Virus record (IMG/VR): IMGVR_UViG_3300044724_001247
Span: 1-61,935 of that record
Strand: one strand, 5' to 3'
DNA length: 61,935 bases
Source: a virus
Taxonomy: Duplodnaviria; Caudoviricetes
Within the stretch, counting starts at the first letter, position 1. The number at the start of each line of letters is the position of its first letter. Made by a program: the position numbers and the translations under genes. This document shows positions 9,434 to 18,415 of the stretch, piece by piece. The notes under the pieces were generated by a model. That model was given only the letters and a program-made list of their open reading frames with translations. It was not told where the DNA came from and made no database searches.

Positions 9434-10134
9434 TGGCATTCCGCATCGATGATTTCAAGGCGCAGGTAGGTGAGGGTGGTGGATTCGCCATGGGGAATCT
9501 GTACAAGGTTTTTCTGCCACCCATTAACGGTGATGCACGAAAGATGAACCTGTTGTGTAAGGCAACGTCATTGCCTGGCCGTCAGATCCTATCGTCCGAA
9601 AATCAGATTGGTCTACAGTTGACCAAACAGGCATACGGATACGCAGTAGACGATGTCACCCTGACTTTCCACTGCATGAACGATATGGCAGTACGAAACT
9701 ACTTTGAAACGTGGCAGAACCTTGCAGTCAACCAAGAGACACTAGAGGTTGGATACTACAATGACTACACCCATCCGGTCATCATCCAACACATCAAGAA
9801 GGGAACCTCGTTTCCTATATTCAAGAGAGAACTATTTGACGCAGGTAAGATCCCATCTTCTATCAGGGGACGATTACCAAGACTAGGGCCACTCGACCTC
9901 GCACAAGGCGAGTTTGATCTGGACGCAGTATTCGGTGACGATATCACCTATACTTTACTCCTAGATAAAGCATACCCAACTACATTGAATGCGATTGAGT
10001 TGAGTGACGATGGACAGTTGCTGGAGGTAACAGTACAACTATCTTACAAGAACTGGAAGAGCAAAAGCGGTGACGCAGGCGGCGGTGGTTTCATTGAAGG
10101 TGTCGCCGGCGAACTGATCAGGAAGTTTTTATAA
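9433..10134 (+). CDS. gp54: Baseplate tail-tube initiator gp54 (gp19-like fold)
   Basis: GGFA..NLYKV..LLCKATSLPG..AYPT..VTVQLSYKNW; lies between gp2 and gp26. Confidence 0.75.
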   Translation: MAFRIDDFKAQVGEGGGFAMGNLYKVFLPPINGDARKMNLLCKATSLPGRQILSSENQIGLQLTKQAYGYAVDDVTLTFHCMNDMAVRNYFETWQNLAVNQETLEVGYYNDYTHPVIIQHIKKGTSFPIFKRELFDAGKIPSSIRGRLPRLGPLDLAQGEFDLDAVFGDDITYTLLLDKAYPTTLNAIELSDDGQLLEVTVQLSYKNWKSKSGDAGGGGFIEGVAGELIRKFL

Positions 10135-10149
10135 TATTTGGAGCACATT

Positions 10150-10866
10150 ATGGCATTATTACCTAAGTTAAATGAGATAAACACATACAGATTGACTGTA
10201 CCATCTACAGGGGAAGAAATTTCCTACAGACCATATCTCGTGAAAGAAGAGAAACAGATGATGGTTGCTAGTGAGACTGGTGATCAACGTCAAATGATGG
10301 ACGCAATGGCAAGTACAATTCAGGCCTGTGTTGATGGAGATGTTAAGATTAGATCTCTCGCAACATTTGATGTTGAATATATATTCACTCAGATCAGAGC
10401 CCGTTCTGTCGGAGAAACCGCAGATGTTCTTATCTCTTGTAGCAGTGATGACTGTGACCACAAATCAACGGTCACTGTAAATCTGACTGAAGCCAAAGTT
10501 GACATGAACGAGTCGGATAAGATCATTGAGATAACTGACAAAGTAAGTGTTGAGATGAAATATCCATCATATATTGATGTAATGAAAAACTATACTGACG
10601 ATGAAGATACCGTTGAGTTTGGTTTCAAGATGCTGGCAAAGTCCATAGATGCTGTTATTACTGAAGAAGAAAGAATCGTAGTAAATGAAGTTCCAGCAAA
10701 AGAAATCATGGATTTCATTGAGTCTATGAGCAGACAACAATTTGAAGCGGTAGGAAAATTCATTGAAGATATTCCACAACTAGGTGTATCGGTTGAATGG
10801 AATTGTGAAAAATGTAATCACGAAAACCAATACAAACTGAGAGGGTTACAGGATTTTTTTTCCTAA
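10150..10866 (+). CDS. gp26: Baseplate hub assembly protein gp26
   Basis: LPK..YRPYLVKEEK..FDVEYIFTQIRARSVGE..GLQDFF; ATG at 10150 follows GGAG. Confidence 0.92.
   Translation: MALLPKLNEINTYRLTVPSTGEEISYRPYLVKEEKQMMVASETGDQRQMMDAMASTIQACVDGDVKIRSLATFDVEYIFTQIRARSVGETADVLISCSSDDCDHKSTVTVNLTEAKVDMNESDKIIEITDKVSVEMKYPSYIDVMKNYTDDEDTVEFGFKMLAKSIDAVITEEERIVVNEVPAKEIMDFIESMSRQQFEAVGKFIEDIPQLGVSVEWNCEKCNHENQYKLRGLQDFFS
10854..10861 (+). other. Putative -1 ribosomal frameshift site (run of 8 T)
   Basis: GAT TTT TTT TCC TAA; the -1 frame stays open through the gp51-like ORF to 11057. Confidence 0.6.
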
Positions 10867-10913
10867 ACCTCTCACATGACAGTCTTGAGAATCATTTCAA
10901 GACTAATTTTTTC

Positions 10914-11057
10914 ATGATGCATAATTATAATTATTCGTTGACTGAACTTGAAAATATGATTCCGTGGGAGAGGGAGATCTATCTGGCACTTCTGAACAAT
11001 TGGTTGGAAGAAGAGAAAGACAGACACGAAGAACAAGAACGTAACATGAGACGATAA
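10914..11057 (+). CDS. gp51: Baseplate hub assembly chaperone gp51 (probably the frameshift extension of gp26)
   Basis: Not in the ORF track; MMHNYNYSLTELENMIPWEREIYLALL motif; frame is open upstream to the slippery site. Confidence 0.82.
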   Translation: MMHNYNYSLTELENMIPWEREIYLALLNNWLEEEKDRHEEQERNMRR

Positions 11058-11058
11058 C

Positions 11059-12864
11059 ATGGCTGATGATATAAGCAAAGAAATAGAAGCACTAACTGCG
11101 GCGACCAAGTCATTGCGTCAGTCTGCCAATGCATATGCTACGAATGCCAAAAAAGTAGAAAAGAAAATTGATAAGAACAGGCAGGCTGTTGCTGATAGTG
11201 AGGAGTCTTATAATTCTACCGCCGATCAATTCAAGAAATATGGTTTTATCTTGAAGGAATCTGTTCAACTCGCAAAAGCTGAACAGACCGAGCGAAAGGC
11301 GGGTAAGTTAAAGAAACTTGAAGAAAAACGTGAAAAGAAAGAAAAGGCCAAGGAAGAAGGTAGAGACTTTGAGTTACCGAAACAAATCAAAGAGGCTTCT
11401 TTCATACAGAAACTTGGTAAACTTGCTTTTGGTATTGTTGGTGCTGCCGCATTTGCGATGGTAGTTAAAAACTTTGATGCTGTTAAAGCATTCTTCCAAG
11501 AAAAACTAGTTCCTGCCACCGCCGGTATTCTGACATTCATGAGGGATACTGCATTACCCTTTATTGTAGATAACTTTGGAGGTATTGCAAAGGGTATTGT
11601 AGGGATTGCTGCCGCCATCGTGGGAGCAAAAGTTGTTATCAAAGTATACAATGCAGTCAGTACAATGATAACTGCTTTCAGTAGTTTTGCTGGTGGTCTT
11701 ATGAAAGTGATGCGAATCCTAAGAATAGGTAAAGCATTAACAATGTTGAGAACAGCATTTACTGTTTTCCGAATCTTCATGCTAAAAACATTGGTGCCGG
11801 GCTTGATTGGTGCGTTTACATCCGCCATGACTGCTATGGCCCCCGTGGTAGTAGCACTCGCACCCTTTATTGCTGCTGCTGCTGGTATAGCCTTGGCAGT
11901 GGGATTAATATATCTTGGTCTTGAAAAAGTTAGAGAATCTCTAGGATTTGAAAGTATTTTTGATGTCATGATGTTAGGGGCAATGCATCTAAAGGATGCG
12001 TTTGCTACAGTGGTAAACTTCCTTGGTTCAATAGTAAATAAAGTTCTAAGTATCGCATCAGAGTTTGGTAAGTTTCTTGGATTTGATGTTAACTTACCAG
12101 AAATTCCAGTAATGGCAACTGACTCGGCAGAAAAGTTTAAGGCAGAAGCACTTGCCAAGGTAGAGGCAAAGAAGAAGGAAAAAGAGGAACAAGAAGCAAA
12201 ACAACAAGAAGTTGAAGCACCACCAGAAAACGCCTTTCAGCGTAAGTTACGAAAACAAGAAGAAACACGTGCTCGCCTGCAATCCATCGCTAGTGGTCAA
12301 CAGACAGTCCTGAAGACCAGAGAAGCAACTGCACCTGAACTCAAGACCAGAGAGGTAACTGCACCTGAACTCAAGACCAGAGAGGTAACTGCACCAGAAC
12401 TCAAGACCAAACCCATGAATGATGCGACAAGGGAATTCCTTGCATTTGCTGATTCGGAAGAAGGTAAAGCAGAGTTTGCTAGGAACAGGGCGAAGGCGGC
12501 CGCAGACTTCCAGAAAATGGAACAAAGGGCAGTTTTAGCAAACGCAGAAAGAGAAAGAGGACTTAGAAGCCCCGATGAACTTGCGCGTCGAAGATCTCAA
12601 TTAGCACGGAATGAGGGTCGATTGGCGAGTATGTCACCTGAAATGTTAAACACAAATCAAGGTGCACTAACTCAAAAACGTGTTGAAGAACTACAACGAC
12701 AAATCAAGGTACTTGAAGCAAGGCAGGCCACTGGTGGCGGTGCTACGGTGATTGCTCCACAGACCACTACCAATAACAACCAGAGTAGTTCTGCGGTGTA
12801 TGGTGACCCATCACCCGCGACAGATGACCTCGACAGGGTTTCTGACGGTTTTCACATTGCATAA
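11059..12864 (+). CDS. Tape-measure / gp29-like tail protein
   Basis: 601 aa; Ala/Gly-rich amphipathic helices with hydrophobic stretches; C-terminal APQTTTNNN; follows gp26/gp51. Confidence 0.72.
   Translation: MADDISKEIEALTAATKSLRQSANAYATNAKKVEKKIDKNRQAVADSEESYNSTADQFKKYGFILKESVQLAKAEQTERKAGKLKKLEEKREKKEKAKEEGRDFELPKQIKEASFIQKLGKLAFGIVGAAAFAMVVKNFDAVKAFFQEKLVPATAGILTFMRDTALPFIVDNFGGIAKGIVGIAAAIVGAKVVIKVYNAVSTMITAFSSFAGGLMKVMRILRIGKALTMLRTAFTVFRIFMLKTLVPGLIGAFTSAMTAMAPVVVALAPFIAAAAGIALAVGLIYLGLEKVRESLGFESIFDVMMLGAMHLKDAFATVVNFLGSIVNKVLSIASEFGKFLGFDVNLPEIPVMATDSAEKFKAEALAKVEAKKKEKEEQEAKQQEVEAPPENAFQRKLRKQEETRARLQSIASGQQTVLKTREATAPELKTREVTAPELKTREVTAPELKTKPMNDATREFLAFADSEEGKAEFARNRAKAAADFQKMEQRAVLANAERERGLRSPDELARRRSQLARNEGRLASMSPEMLNTNQGALTQKRVEELQRQIKVLEARQATGGGATVIAPQTTTNNNQSSSAVYGDPSPATDDLDRVSDGFHIA
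12313..12408 (+). repeat. Intragenic 30-nt tandem repeat, about 3.2 copies (KTREVTAPEL)
   Basis: aagaccagagaggtaactgcacctgaactc-like units at 12313, 12343 and 12373. Confidence 0.95.
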
Positions 12865-12888
12865 AAAAAGGGGCACCGAAGTGCCCCT
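12863..12888 (-). terminator. Rho-independent terminator with UUCG tetraloop after gp32
   Basis: Minus strand AGGGGCAC-TTCG-GTGCCCCT followed by TTTTTT, between convergent genes. Confidence 0.9.
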
Positions 12889-12904
12889 CAAAGGATAGAA
12901 GAGT

Positions 12905-13825
12905 CTAGTCTTCCGCTGCAAGTTTCGCAAAGTAACTCAAGGTATCGTCCTCGTCCGCTGCAGCCGTGATGTTCGGTTCAGGGGCAGACGCGATAACTTG
13001 TGGTTCCTGTTCACGTGCAGATACTACTTCCGCAGTCTCGGTCAGTGAGTCATTCTTGACGGTTGCACCAGCACCCGTTGATTGACCTAGTACAACCTCC
13101 AAACGACCTTTCAGTTCGTCATAGGACTTGTACGAAGACGGAGCAGTAAACTCAGACATGTCATGCAACTGATTGTAAGTTGCTTCGAGTCGCGTCTCAT
13201 CTGCTTCCAGTAGAGGTGCAGAAGCCTTGAACTCAGACTTGTCGTAGTTACGATATCCCGCAACATTACGAATCTTCAGTTGGAAGTCGGCACCAGTCCA
13301 GAAGTCAAACGGATTGATCGGTTCTTCGCCTGGAAATTCCGGTTGCATCTTATCCATGATCTTATCAAAGATCTTCTTACCGAAGTCATACATGAATACC
13401 TTGCCTTCGTTGGCAGGGTTCGCGGGGTCATTCATGACCATGATGTTCGCAACATAGTGAAGACGGCGCTTCTGTTTACGTGCGGTTTCTTTGTCCTCTT
13501 CGATACCAGAGTTCCACAGTCGCGAGTTGTACTCACTCACTGGGTCATTGTTACCCAGAGTAGTCAGAGACTTCTCGACGTACCATTGACCAGTCGGGCC
13601 TTTGAAGAAGTGATCGAAGTAACGTACCCAAGGTAGTTCTTGACCTTCCGCCGCAGGCAGGAAACGAACAACGGCGTAACCGTTACCTGATTCATCTACC
13701 GTGGGTTTCCAGAAACGAGTATCCTCGTACTTGTTGTTACCTTGCTTTGCACCACCCATCTCTTGTGCGGCTGCTGCCAGCTTAGAGATATCGGTGCGAT
13801 TGTTTTTTAGATTTGCAAAAGACAT
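12905..13825 (-). CDS. gp32: Single-stranded DNA-binding protein gp32
   Basis: RFWKP..GNGYAVVRFLPA..INPFDFWTGADF..YRNYDKSEF; acidic tail ending LSYFAKLA. Confidence 0.96.
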   Translation of the reverse strand: MSFANLKNNRTDISKLAAAAQEMGGAKQGNNKYEDTRFWKPTVDESGNGYAVVRFLPAAEGQELPWVRYFDHFFKGPTGQWYVEKSLTTLGNNDPVSEYNSRLWNSGIEEDKETARKQKRRLHYVANIMVMNDPANPANEGKVFMYDFGKKIFDKIMDKMQPEFPGEEPINPFDFWTGADFQLKIRNVAGYRNYDKSEFKASAPLLEADETRLEATYNQLHDMSEFTAPSSYKSYDELKGRLEVVLGQSTGAGATVKNDSLTETAEVVSAREQEPQVIASAPEPNITAAADEDDTLSYFAKLAAED

Positions 13826-13858
13826 ATGTTTGTATTTTCCTCGTATGATTGTGTGTCC

Positions 13859-13887
13859 ACTATACCATAATGTAATCGTTTTGTCAA
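13859..13887 (-). promoter_or_regulatory. Sigma70-type early/middle promoter for gp32
   Basis: TTGACA-N17-TATAGT with extended -10 TG. Confidence 0.8.
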
Positions 13888-13890
13888 CCT

Positions 13891-14157
13891 TTATTTTAGA
13901 GTAAGGTCAGCACTCTTTTCAAGAAAGTTAAGGTTCATTGCTTCAACCTCAATCTTCTCTTTGATAGATGTCGCGATATATTTCTTGACATCCTCAATGT
14001 CTAGGTTATTCTGATCACACAGATAAACCACAGCGTCCATGTAGGACATTGATTTGTTTCTGACCGCATCCTCGGTCATCTTGGTGAATCGTTTCTTGTT
14101 CATGAAGTTAGAATCGTCGGACGAGTCTACTCCACCAATTTGGAAATCAACCTTCAT
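13891..14157 (-). CDS. gp33: Late transcription coactivator gp33
   Basis: SYMDAVVYLC..IKEKIEVEAMNLNFL. Confidence 0.88.
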   Translation of the reverse strand: MKVDFQIGGVDSSDDSNFMNKKRFTKMTEDAVRNKSMSYMDAVVYLCDQNNLDIEDVKKYIATSIKEKIEVEAMNLNFLEKSADLTLK

Positions 14158-14783
14158 TCTTCCTCCTCATCAGTATTTATACTCTGAGTAGAATTGAATT
14201 GCAAGGCGTATTCCTCATCCTTAGCAAACTCTTCCTCCAGTTCTGGAGTCCAAGTCTGCCGGATGTCGGGATACCATGCACCATAGGTTCGCTTGGGTGT
14301 ACCATCAGCATAATAAGCCATTGCTTCGACCTTATACTGTATACGACCTTCGCGTTGTTCACCGTATCGATAATCAAGCCAGACACCGTTTGCAAGGTAT
14401 CGTTTCATGTTATCGATATAGACTTCAAGAGCAATGTATTCGGATCTCTCTTTGGCTGCCTTGGAGTTCTTGAAACTCCGCATCCCTTTGAGTTCCTCTT
14501 GATTTGATTTCAACCATTGTTTGACCTTCTTCCAATGCAGGAAGTGATCCTCTGGCAGATCTCGAATGTCCTCGTGGACAGACTTACTGCCATTTGCACC
14601 ACGTGCCTCACGCGCCTTTGCGAGACGTTCTGACGCTGCCTTCTTCTGCTCCGCAGTCATAGGTTTGCGTTTACGCTTCACTTTCTTACGTGAGGTGTCA
14701 AGACCAAGTTCCTCTAGAGCGCGTTTGTTCTTCGCCTCCCTAGTCTTCCTTGCTTTCTCTGCTGGTGTGAGTTTCTTTGCCAT
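14154..14783 (-). CDS. Conserved hypothetical protein with very basic N-terminus
   Basis: ORF; likely start MAKKL at 14783; K/R-rich. Confidence 0.7.
   Translation of the reverse strand: MAKKLTPAEKARKTREAKNKRALEELGLDTSRKKVKRKRKPMTAEQKKAASERLAKAREARGANGSKSVHEDIRDLPEDHFLHWKKVKQWLKSNQEELKGMRSFKNSKAAKERSEYIALEVYIDNMKRYLANGVWLDYRYGEQREGRIQYKVEAMAYYADGTPKRTYGAWYPDIRQTWTPELEEEFAKDEEYALQFNSTQSINTDEEEE
14174..14181 (-). promoter_or_regulatory. Late promoter TATAAATA upstream of gp33
   Basis: Exact consensus within the 3' end of the upstream gene. Confidence 0.55.
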
Positions 14784-14796
14784 ATGGTTATTTAGT

Positions 14797-15102
14797 CTAT
14801 GCTCCGGTGATAAAGTTGTGACCAGACGGGTACGCACTCTCCGTGTCAAAAGACAACAGCGAGTCTACACGAAACGAACGCCAGTCCGCCAAGTCAAGAT
14901 CAAATACACGTACCGCAAGTTGATTCTTTTCAGTATTTGCATTCGCATCGGTCTTTGGCATCTTGTCAGCCGGAATCAGATCCGAGACTAGGGTTGCCTT
15001 CATGTTGCGTACTTCACCATCCTTCACTTTCGTGAAAGACAAGTTTACCACACCTTCACGTAAGGTGTCAACGATTTCTTGATAGGTCAATGACTTCTCC
15101 AT
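14797..15102 (-). CDS. SH3/Sm-like (WYL_2-type) phage protein
   Basis: FTKVKDGEVRNMKATL..VFDLD..WRSFR; GGAGG before the ATG at 15102. Confidence 0.72.
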   Translation of the reverse strand: MEKSLTYQEIVDTLREGVVNLSFTKVKDGEVRNMKATLVSDLIPADKMPKTDANANTEKNQLAVRVFDLDLADWRSFRVDSLLSFDTESAYPSGHNFITGA

Positions 15103-15104
15103 GT

Positions 15105-15659
15105 TTAGAATCCTCCGACTGCTTGTTGATACCATCGCGGCATTTCGCGATGAGTCCAGTTCGCAAATCTCCTCTTCTCGTTGATGTAGTAGAAGCGATA
15201 AGCCTCTACAGGATCTTCACGTTTGCAATACTCAGGCATTGCTTGCGCGAATTCCGTCAACCCACCATCAGGTATGTTTTCAGGAATGTAGGACAGTATA
15301 CCAGATAACTTGCTTTCTGTCAAGTGTTTTTTTCCGTATCGGTAGGTATACTCTTTGCAAAGTTCTTCCCACATCTGGTGCAGGTACAGATAGTTTGCGG
15401 ATGTCTTGCGAGTCCACACACCACTAGGATGATTCACGTGGGACGCCTTGTAGAGTGTGTTCTCCAGATTAGAGTTCGGATGTTTCCAGCGTTTGATCCT
15501 ACGACCAATCGCAGTCTTATCGTAGTACTCTTCACCATCAAGAACCCGATGAGCAGTGCTCATCAGCTGAGCGTATTCGATGATCATCTTGACCACGTGT
15601 TTATCCAAATGCATACGCGCAGCTTTCACTGGGTTGGTTGAGAGGTGAAAGACATTCAT
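15105..15659 (-). CDS. Pyrimidine-dimer DNA glycosylase / endonuclease V-like protein
   Basis: MNVF..DKHVVKMIIEYAQLMSTAH..HVNHP..AYRFYY. Confidence 0.75.
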   Translation of the reverse strand: MNVFHLSTNPVKAARMHLDKHVVKMIIEYAQLMSTAHRVLDGEEYYDKTAIGRRIKRWKHPNSNLENTLYKASHVNHPSGVWTRKTSANYLYLHQMWEELCKEYTYRYGKKHLTESKLSGILSYIPENIPDGGLTEFAQAMPEYCKREDPVEAYRFYYINEKRRFANWTHREMPRWYQQAVGGF

Positions 15660-15919
15660 AGGTGAGAGATCTCACCAATCTTATCTGACAACATGGCGCT
15701 GGTCAGATTCGTTGAAAGATCTAGTGGGTCACCATCTGTGTTTAACAGAGTGACATTGAAGCTCGTCTCGTCATCAGGGTTTTTGATCTTGACTACTTCC
15801 GCACCATAACCGTTTTCAAACTTGTACTTCAGTTCCATAAACGACAGTTCGGTAGCGCCTCTCATCTCTACAGTGAAACCTCCTTTGATCACACCAACAA
15901 TATTAAGATCCGATAGCAT
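15656..15919 (-). CDS. Hypothetical protein
   Basis: ORF in a tightly packed operon; SD before MLSD; YKFENGYGAEVV. Confidence 0.6.
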   Translation of the reverse strand: MLSDLNIVGVIKGGFTVEMRGATELSFMELKYKFENGYGAEVVKIKNPDDETSFNVTLLNTDGDPLDLSTNLTSAMLSDKIGEISHL

Positions 15920-16154
15920 TATAGTATCCCTCCGCTCGCACGAGCATATCACCAAAATTAGGTTCGTTGACCTGTCTAACCACATAGAGTGTAGATCCGG
16001 TCATAAATTCACACGCATCGCGATAGTCATCAAGTTCACGAATCGGAACAACGGCTTTGATTGGCATCTTCCAATCTTCCATGCCCTCAGTGAGAACATC
16101 AAACTTTTCACGTAGGAGTTGATATCGCTCCTCTGCAACAAATGTCATTGCCAT
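15903..16154 (-). CDS. Hypothetical early protein
   Basis: ORF with GGAGG SD; WKMPI..ACEFMTG..AEGYY. Confidence 0.7.
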   Translation of the reverse strand: MAMTFVAEERYQLLREKFDVLTEGMEDWKMPIKAVVPIRELDDYRDACEFMTGSTLYVVRQVNEPNFGDMLVRAEGYYNAIGS

Positions 16155-16352
16155 CTATGCGGCCTCCCTCGTGTAAACCGTGCGCTCGTTGCCATAGGCA
16201 TCGACCTCAACGACAGTTGCTTCAGTGATGTCAGGAAACTGTGCGCTGAACACAACAGCATTGGCGTATGAGGCCGCAGACTCAAAAGTAGAGATTGGGG
16301 CATAGAGACCCGCAACGACCTCACCAATTTGTGACTTGACAATATATTTCAT
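16155..16352 (-). CDS. Hypothetical early protein
   Basis: ORF with GGAG SD, packed in the operon. Confidence 0.65.
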   Translation of the reverse strand: MKYIVKSQIGEVVAGLYAPISTFESAASYANAVVFSAQFPDITEATVVEVDAYGNERTVYTREAA

Positions 16353-16546
16353 TACTTTACTCCGTAAAAGGCTCGTTCTAGTTTCTCGGTAGCAAGATCA
16401 ATCAACTCGACTCGCTTCTGGGCAGTAGGAGTCTTCTTCTCTGCCATCACGTTTGCAGTTCGCATCGCTGCCATTCGCAAGACATGAAGTTCTTTCTTGG
16501 TCAGGACAACAGTGATTTCTTCAGCAGCTTCACATTCGTGGTACAT
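16352..16546 (-). CDS. Hypothetical early protein
   Basis: First ORF after the promoter-leader cassette. Confidence 0.7.
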   Translation of the reverse strand: MYHECEAAEEITVVLTKKELHVLRMAAMRTANVMAEKKTPTAQKRVELIDLATEKLERAFYGVK

Positions 16547-16553
16547 TCTTCAG

Positions 16554-16620
16554 TTCCTTTCTCATTCTCAATACAAGTATTATAAGCGATGCAGCAACTT
16601 TTGTCAACACTTTTTTTCAA
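16554..16620 (-). promoter_or_regulatory. Early promoter-leader cassette, copy 1
   Basis: TTGACA(16602-07)-N17-TATAAT(16579-84), then ACTTGTATTGAGAATGAGAAAGGAA. Confidence 0.92.
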
Positions 16621-16873
16621 ATTCTTTGACTAATTGTTCTCCAGTCAACGGGGTTCCCATGAGGATCACTTCACCAGACTCTAGAGTCCGTTTAACAAGA
16701 CCATCGTTATACAGGATATCTGTCACGACCTTACCGCCAGCGGTATCTTCTGGGCGATCATCATACCACATGGAAGAGATCCCATGTGAATGAACGTGTT
16801 GTACACCCTTAGCCCATTCCTCCATCTCAAGTCTCAGTCGTTGTTTCTCAACAGCTCGGTCATACTGTGTCAT
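16604..16873 (-). CDS. Hypothetical early protein
   Basis: ORF; its stop codon overlaps the -35 box of the next promoter. Confidence 0.7.
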   Translation of the reverse strand: MTQYDRAVEKQRLRLEMEEWAKGVQHVHSHGISSMWYDDRPEDTAGGKVVTDILYNDGLVKRTLESGEVILMGTPLTGEQLVKEFEKKC

Positions 16874-17403
16874 GCGGTCTCCCTCTTTTTTGCATAGAAT
16901 TCTTCGATGAGTTCGAGAACCTCGTTCTCTTTGGCAATACGCTCCTCACCATCGACACGGACTACATAGTCCTTTGTGTAGGTGCCGAATTCCTTCTCGG
17001 CATCAGAGGACATGAGCCACGACTCAGTGTAACTACGAATGACAGGAACTAGGTTCCGGTACTCGTCATTCACGGTAGTACGAGTTGCCTTCCAACGACC
17101 ACCGACAAGAGTGATAAAGATAGGGGCTTCCCAAGATTCACCGACCTTAGCGTCATCCTCGACAATGTCCCAACTAATGACATACTCACGAGCAACCTCG
17201 TTGTTGTAAGACACGAGATCCTGAATCACAGGCATGAAGGTGCCGTGAGCAATCTCGTTGAGATCCCTAGAAGAGAGATTCTCCATGACATAGGTGGTGC
17301 CACCCTTTGGTTTGAAGTAGGCATCGGGTTCCGTTGAAGGAAACCCGTCTACGTCAAACGAGTAGTTCTCTAGGTATTGGGTGGTGATTACTAACTTAGA
17401 CAT
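16870..17403 (-). CDS. Hypothetical early protein
   Basis: KLVITTQYLENY..FKPKGGTTY; SD AAGGAA. Confidence 0.75.
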   Translation of the reverse strand: MSKLVITTQYLENYSFDVDGFPSTEPDAYFKPKGGTTYVMENLSSRDLNEIAHGTFMPVIQDLVSYNNEVAREYVISWDIVEDDAKVGESWEAPIFITLVGGRWKATRTTVNDEYRNLVPVIRSYTESWLMSSDAEKEFGTYTKDYVVRVDGEERIAKENEVLELIEEFYAKKRETA

Positions 17404-17412
17404 AACAGTTCC

Positions 17413-17703
17413 TTACTTACCTTTGTAACCGAGTATCGCCATTGCGGGTTTAGGATAAAATTCCTCCGCAAGTTCCAAATATTTCTCAACAGACACGTTG
17501 TTCTTCACGAGGAAGTTAACCCACGCTTTCCATGGCTTACGACCATACTTGAATCGAGCGATAAACTCAGGTTTTGGTTTACCGACCCAAGAAGGATGGC
17601 AGCCAGGTTTCGCGACTTCCATGTTCACACTCTTGGTGTGACGCCCACGATACATAAGATACATACCGTCCCAAACAAACTCTTCTTTAACAAATGGGGT
17701 CAT
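17413..17703 (-). CDS. Hypothetical early protein
   Basis: First ORF after a cassette; FIARFKY. Confidence 0.75.
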   Translation of the reverse strand: MTPFVKEEFVWDGMYLMYRGRHTKSVNMEVAKPGCHPSWVGKPKPEFIARFKYGRKPWKAWVNFLVKNNVSVEKYLELAEEFYPKPAMAILGYKGK

Positions 17704-17708
17704 CTCGT

Positions 17709-17762
17709 TTCCTTTCTCATTTTCAATACAAGTATTATAGTCGATATCACAAGAAAAGTCAA
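17709..17762 (-). promoter_or_regulatory. Early promoter-leader cassette, copy 2
   Basis: TTGACT-N17-TATAAT-ACTTGTATTGAAAATGAGAAAGGAA. Confidence 0.9.
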
Positions 17763-17772
17763 ATACTATTTT

Positions 17773-18069
17773 CTACTTACCAATGTGTTTTATATCACTT
17801 TTTGGAATAACCTGATAAGCACCCTTGTTGTATGCTGGCGCGACAGTGAAGTTCTTGGACTCCTCCAACTTGAACGTGGTGTCCTTGTCGGGACTGTACG
17901 GTGTCAGTGGAGCAGACTCGTACTTAGGAGTCTCGCGCCTCCAATCAGGGCCCACACTGTAGGACTGCATCGGTTTGAATTCGGGGGTTCGCTTTCGAGT
18001 AGACCATGCTTTGGTCTTGCGCTTACGACCAGATTGATCGTACCTCATAGATCCGTGGAATGATTGCAT
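17773..18069 (-). CDS. Conserved hypothetical protein of T4-like phages
   Basis: C-terminal TVAPAYNKGAYQVI motif; GGAGG SD. Confidence 0.75.
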   Translation of the reverse strand: MQSFHGSMRYDQSGRKRKTKAWSTRKRTPEFKPMQSYSVGPDWRRETPKYESAPLTPYSPDKDTTFKLEESKNFTVAPAYNKGAYQVIPKSDIKHIGK

Positions 18070-18095
18070 CACATACCTCCTGACTAGATAAGAAT

Positions 18096-18124
18096 ATGAT
18101 ACAGACAAAAACATCTTTTGTCAA
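18096..18124 (-). promoter_or_regulatory. Sigma70-type promoter
   Basis: TTGACA-N17-TATCAT. Confidence 0.7.
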
Positions 18125-18135
18125 GTCTTTTTTTG

Positions 18136-18143
18136 TATAAATA
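18136..18143 (+). promoter_or_regulatory. Late promoter TATAAATA
   Basis: Exact consensus 5 nt upstream of the ATG at 18149. Confidence 0.85.
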
Positions 18144-18148
18144 AACGT

Positions 18149-18415
18149 ATGAGCGAAAAACTATTCGATTTCGGGTTTACCCTAGTAGACGAAGATGAAC
18201 TGGAGGCTGTGCAACAGGCGCAGTCTAAAGTTGCGTCTGTGTCCGACTCGGTGTCAGAGACCCAAGATAAATTAGACAGTCTGTTCAATGCGATCCAACC
18301 ATTGCTGAACAATCTCAAACAGAATCCTGAGAAGGAGTATATTCTGTGGCCCAATCGACTCGAAAAGATCGAGCAGTTTGAGGACTACATACAGAATATC
18401 TACAAGGGACAGTAA
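18149..18415 (+). CDS. Conserved hypothetical coiled-coil protein
   Basis: FDFGFTLVDEDEL..PLLNNLKQNPEKEYILWPNR. Confidence 0.8.
   Translation: MSEKLFDFGFTLVDEDELEAVQQAQSKVASVSDSVSETQDKLDSLFNAIQPLLNNLKQNPEKEYILWPNRLEKIEQFEDYIQNIYKGQ

Noticed and set aside
11265-12158. 297-aa minus-strand ORF
   Set aside because: Antisense shadow of the Ala-rich tape-measure gene
12313-12408. Direct repeats as a possible CRISPR array
   Set aside because: Contiguous in-frame coding repeats with no spacers
13826-13858. T4-style gp32 autoregulatory pseudoknot leader
   Set aside because: The leader from the adjacent promoter is only about 30 nt, with no evident stems
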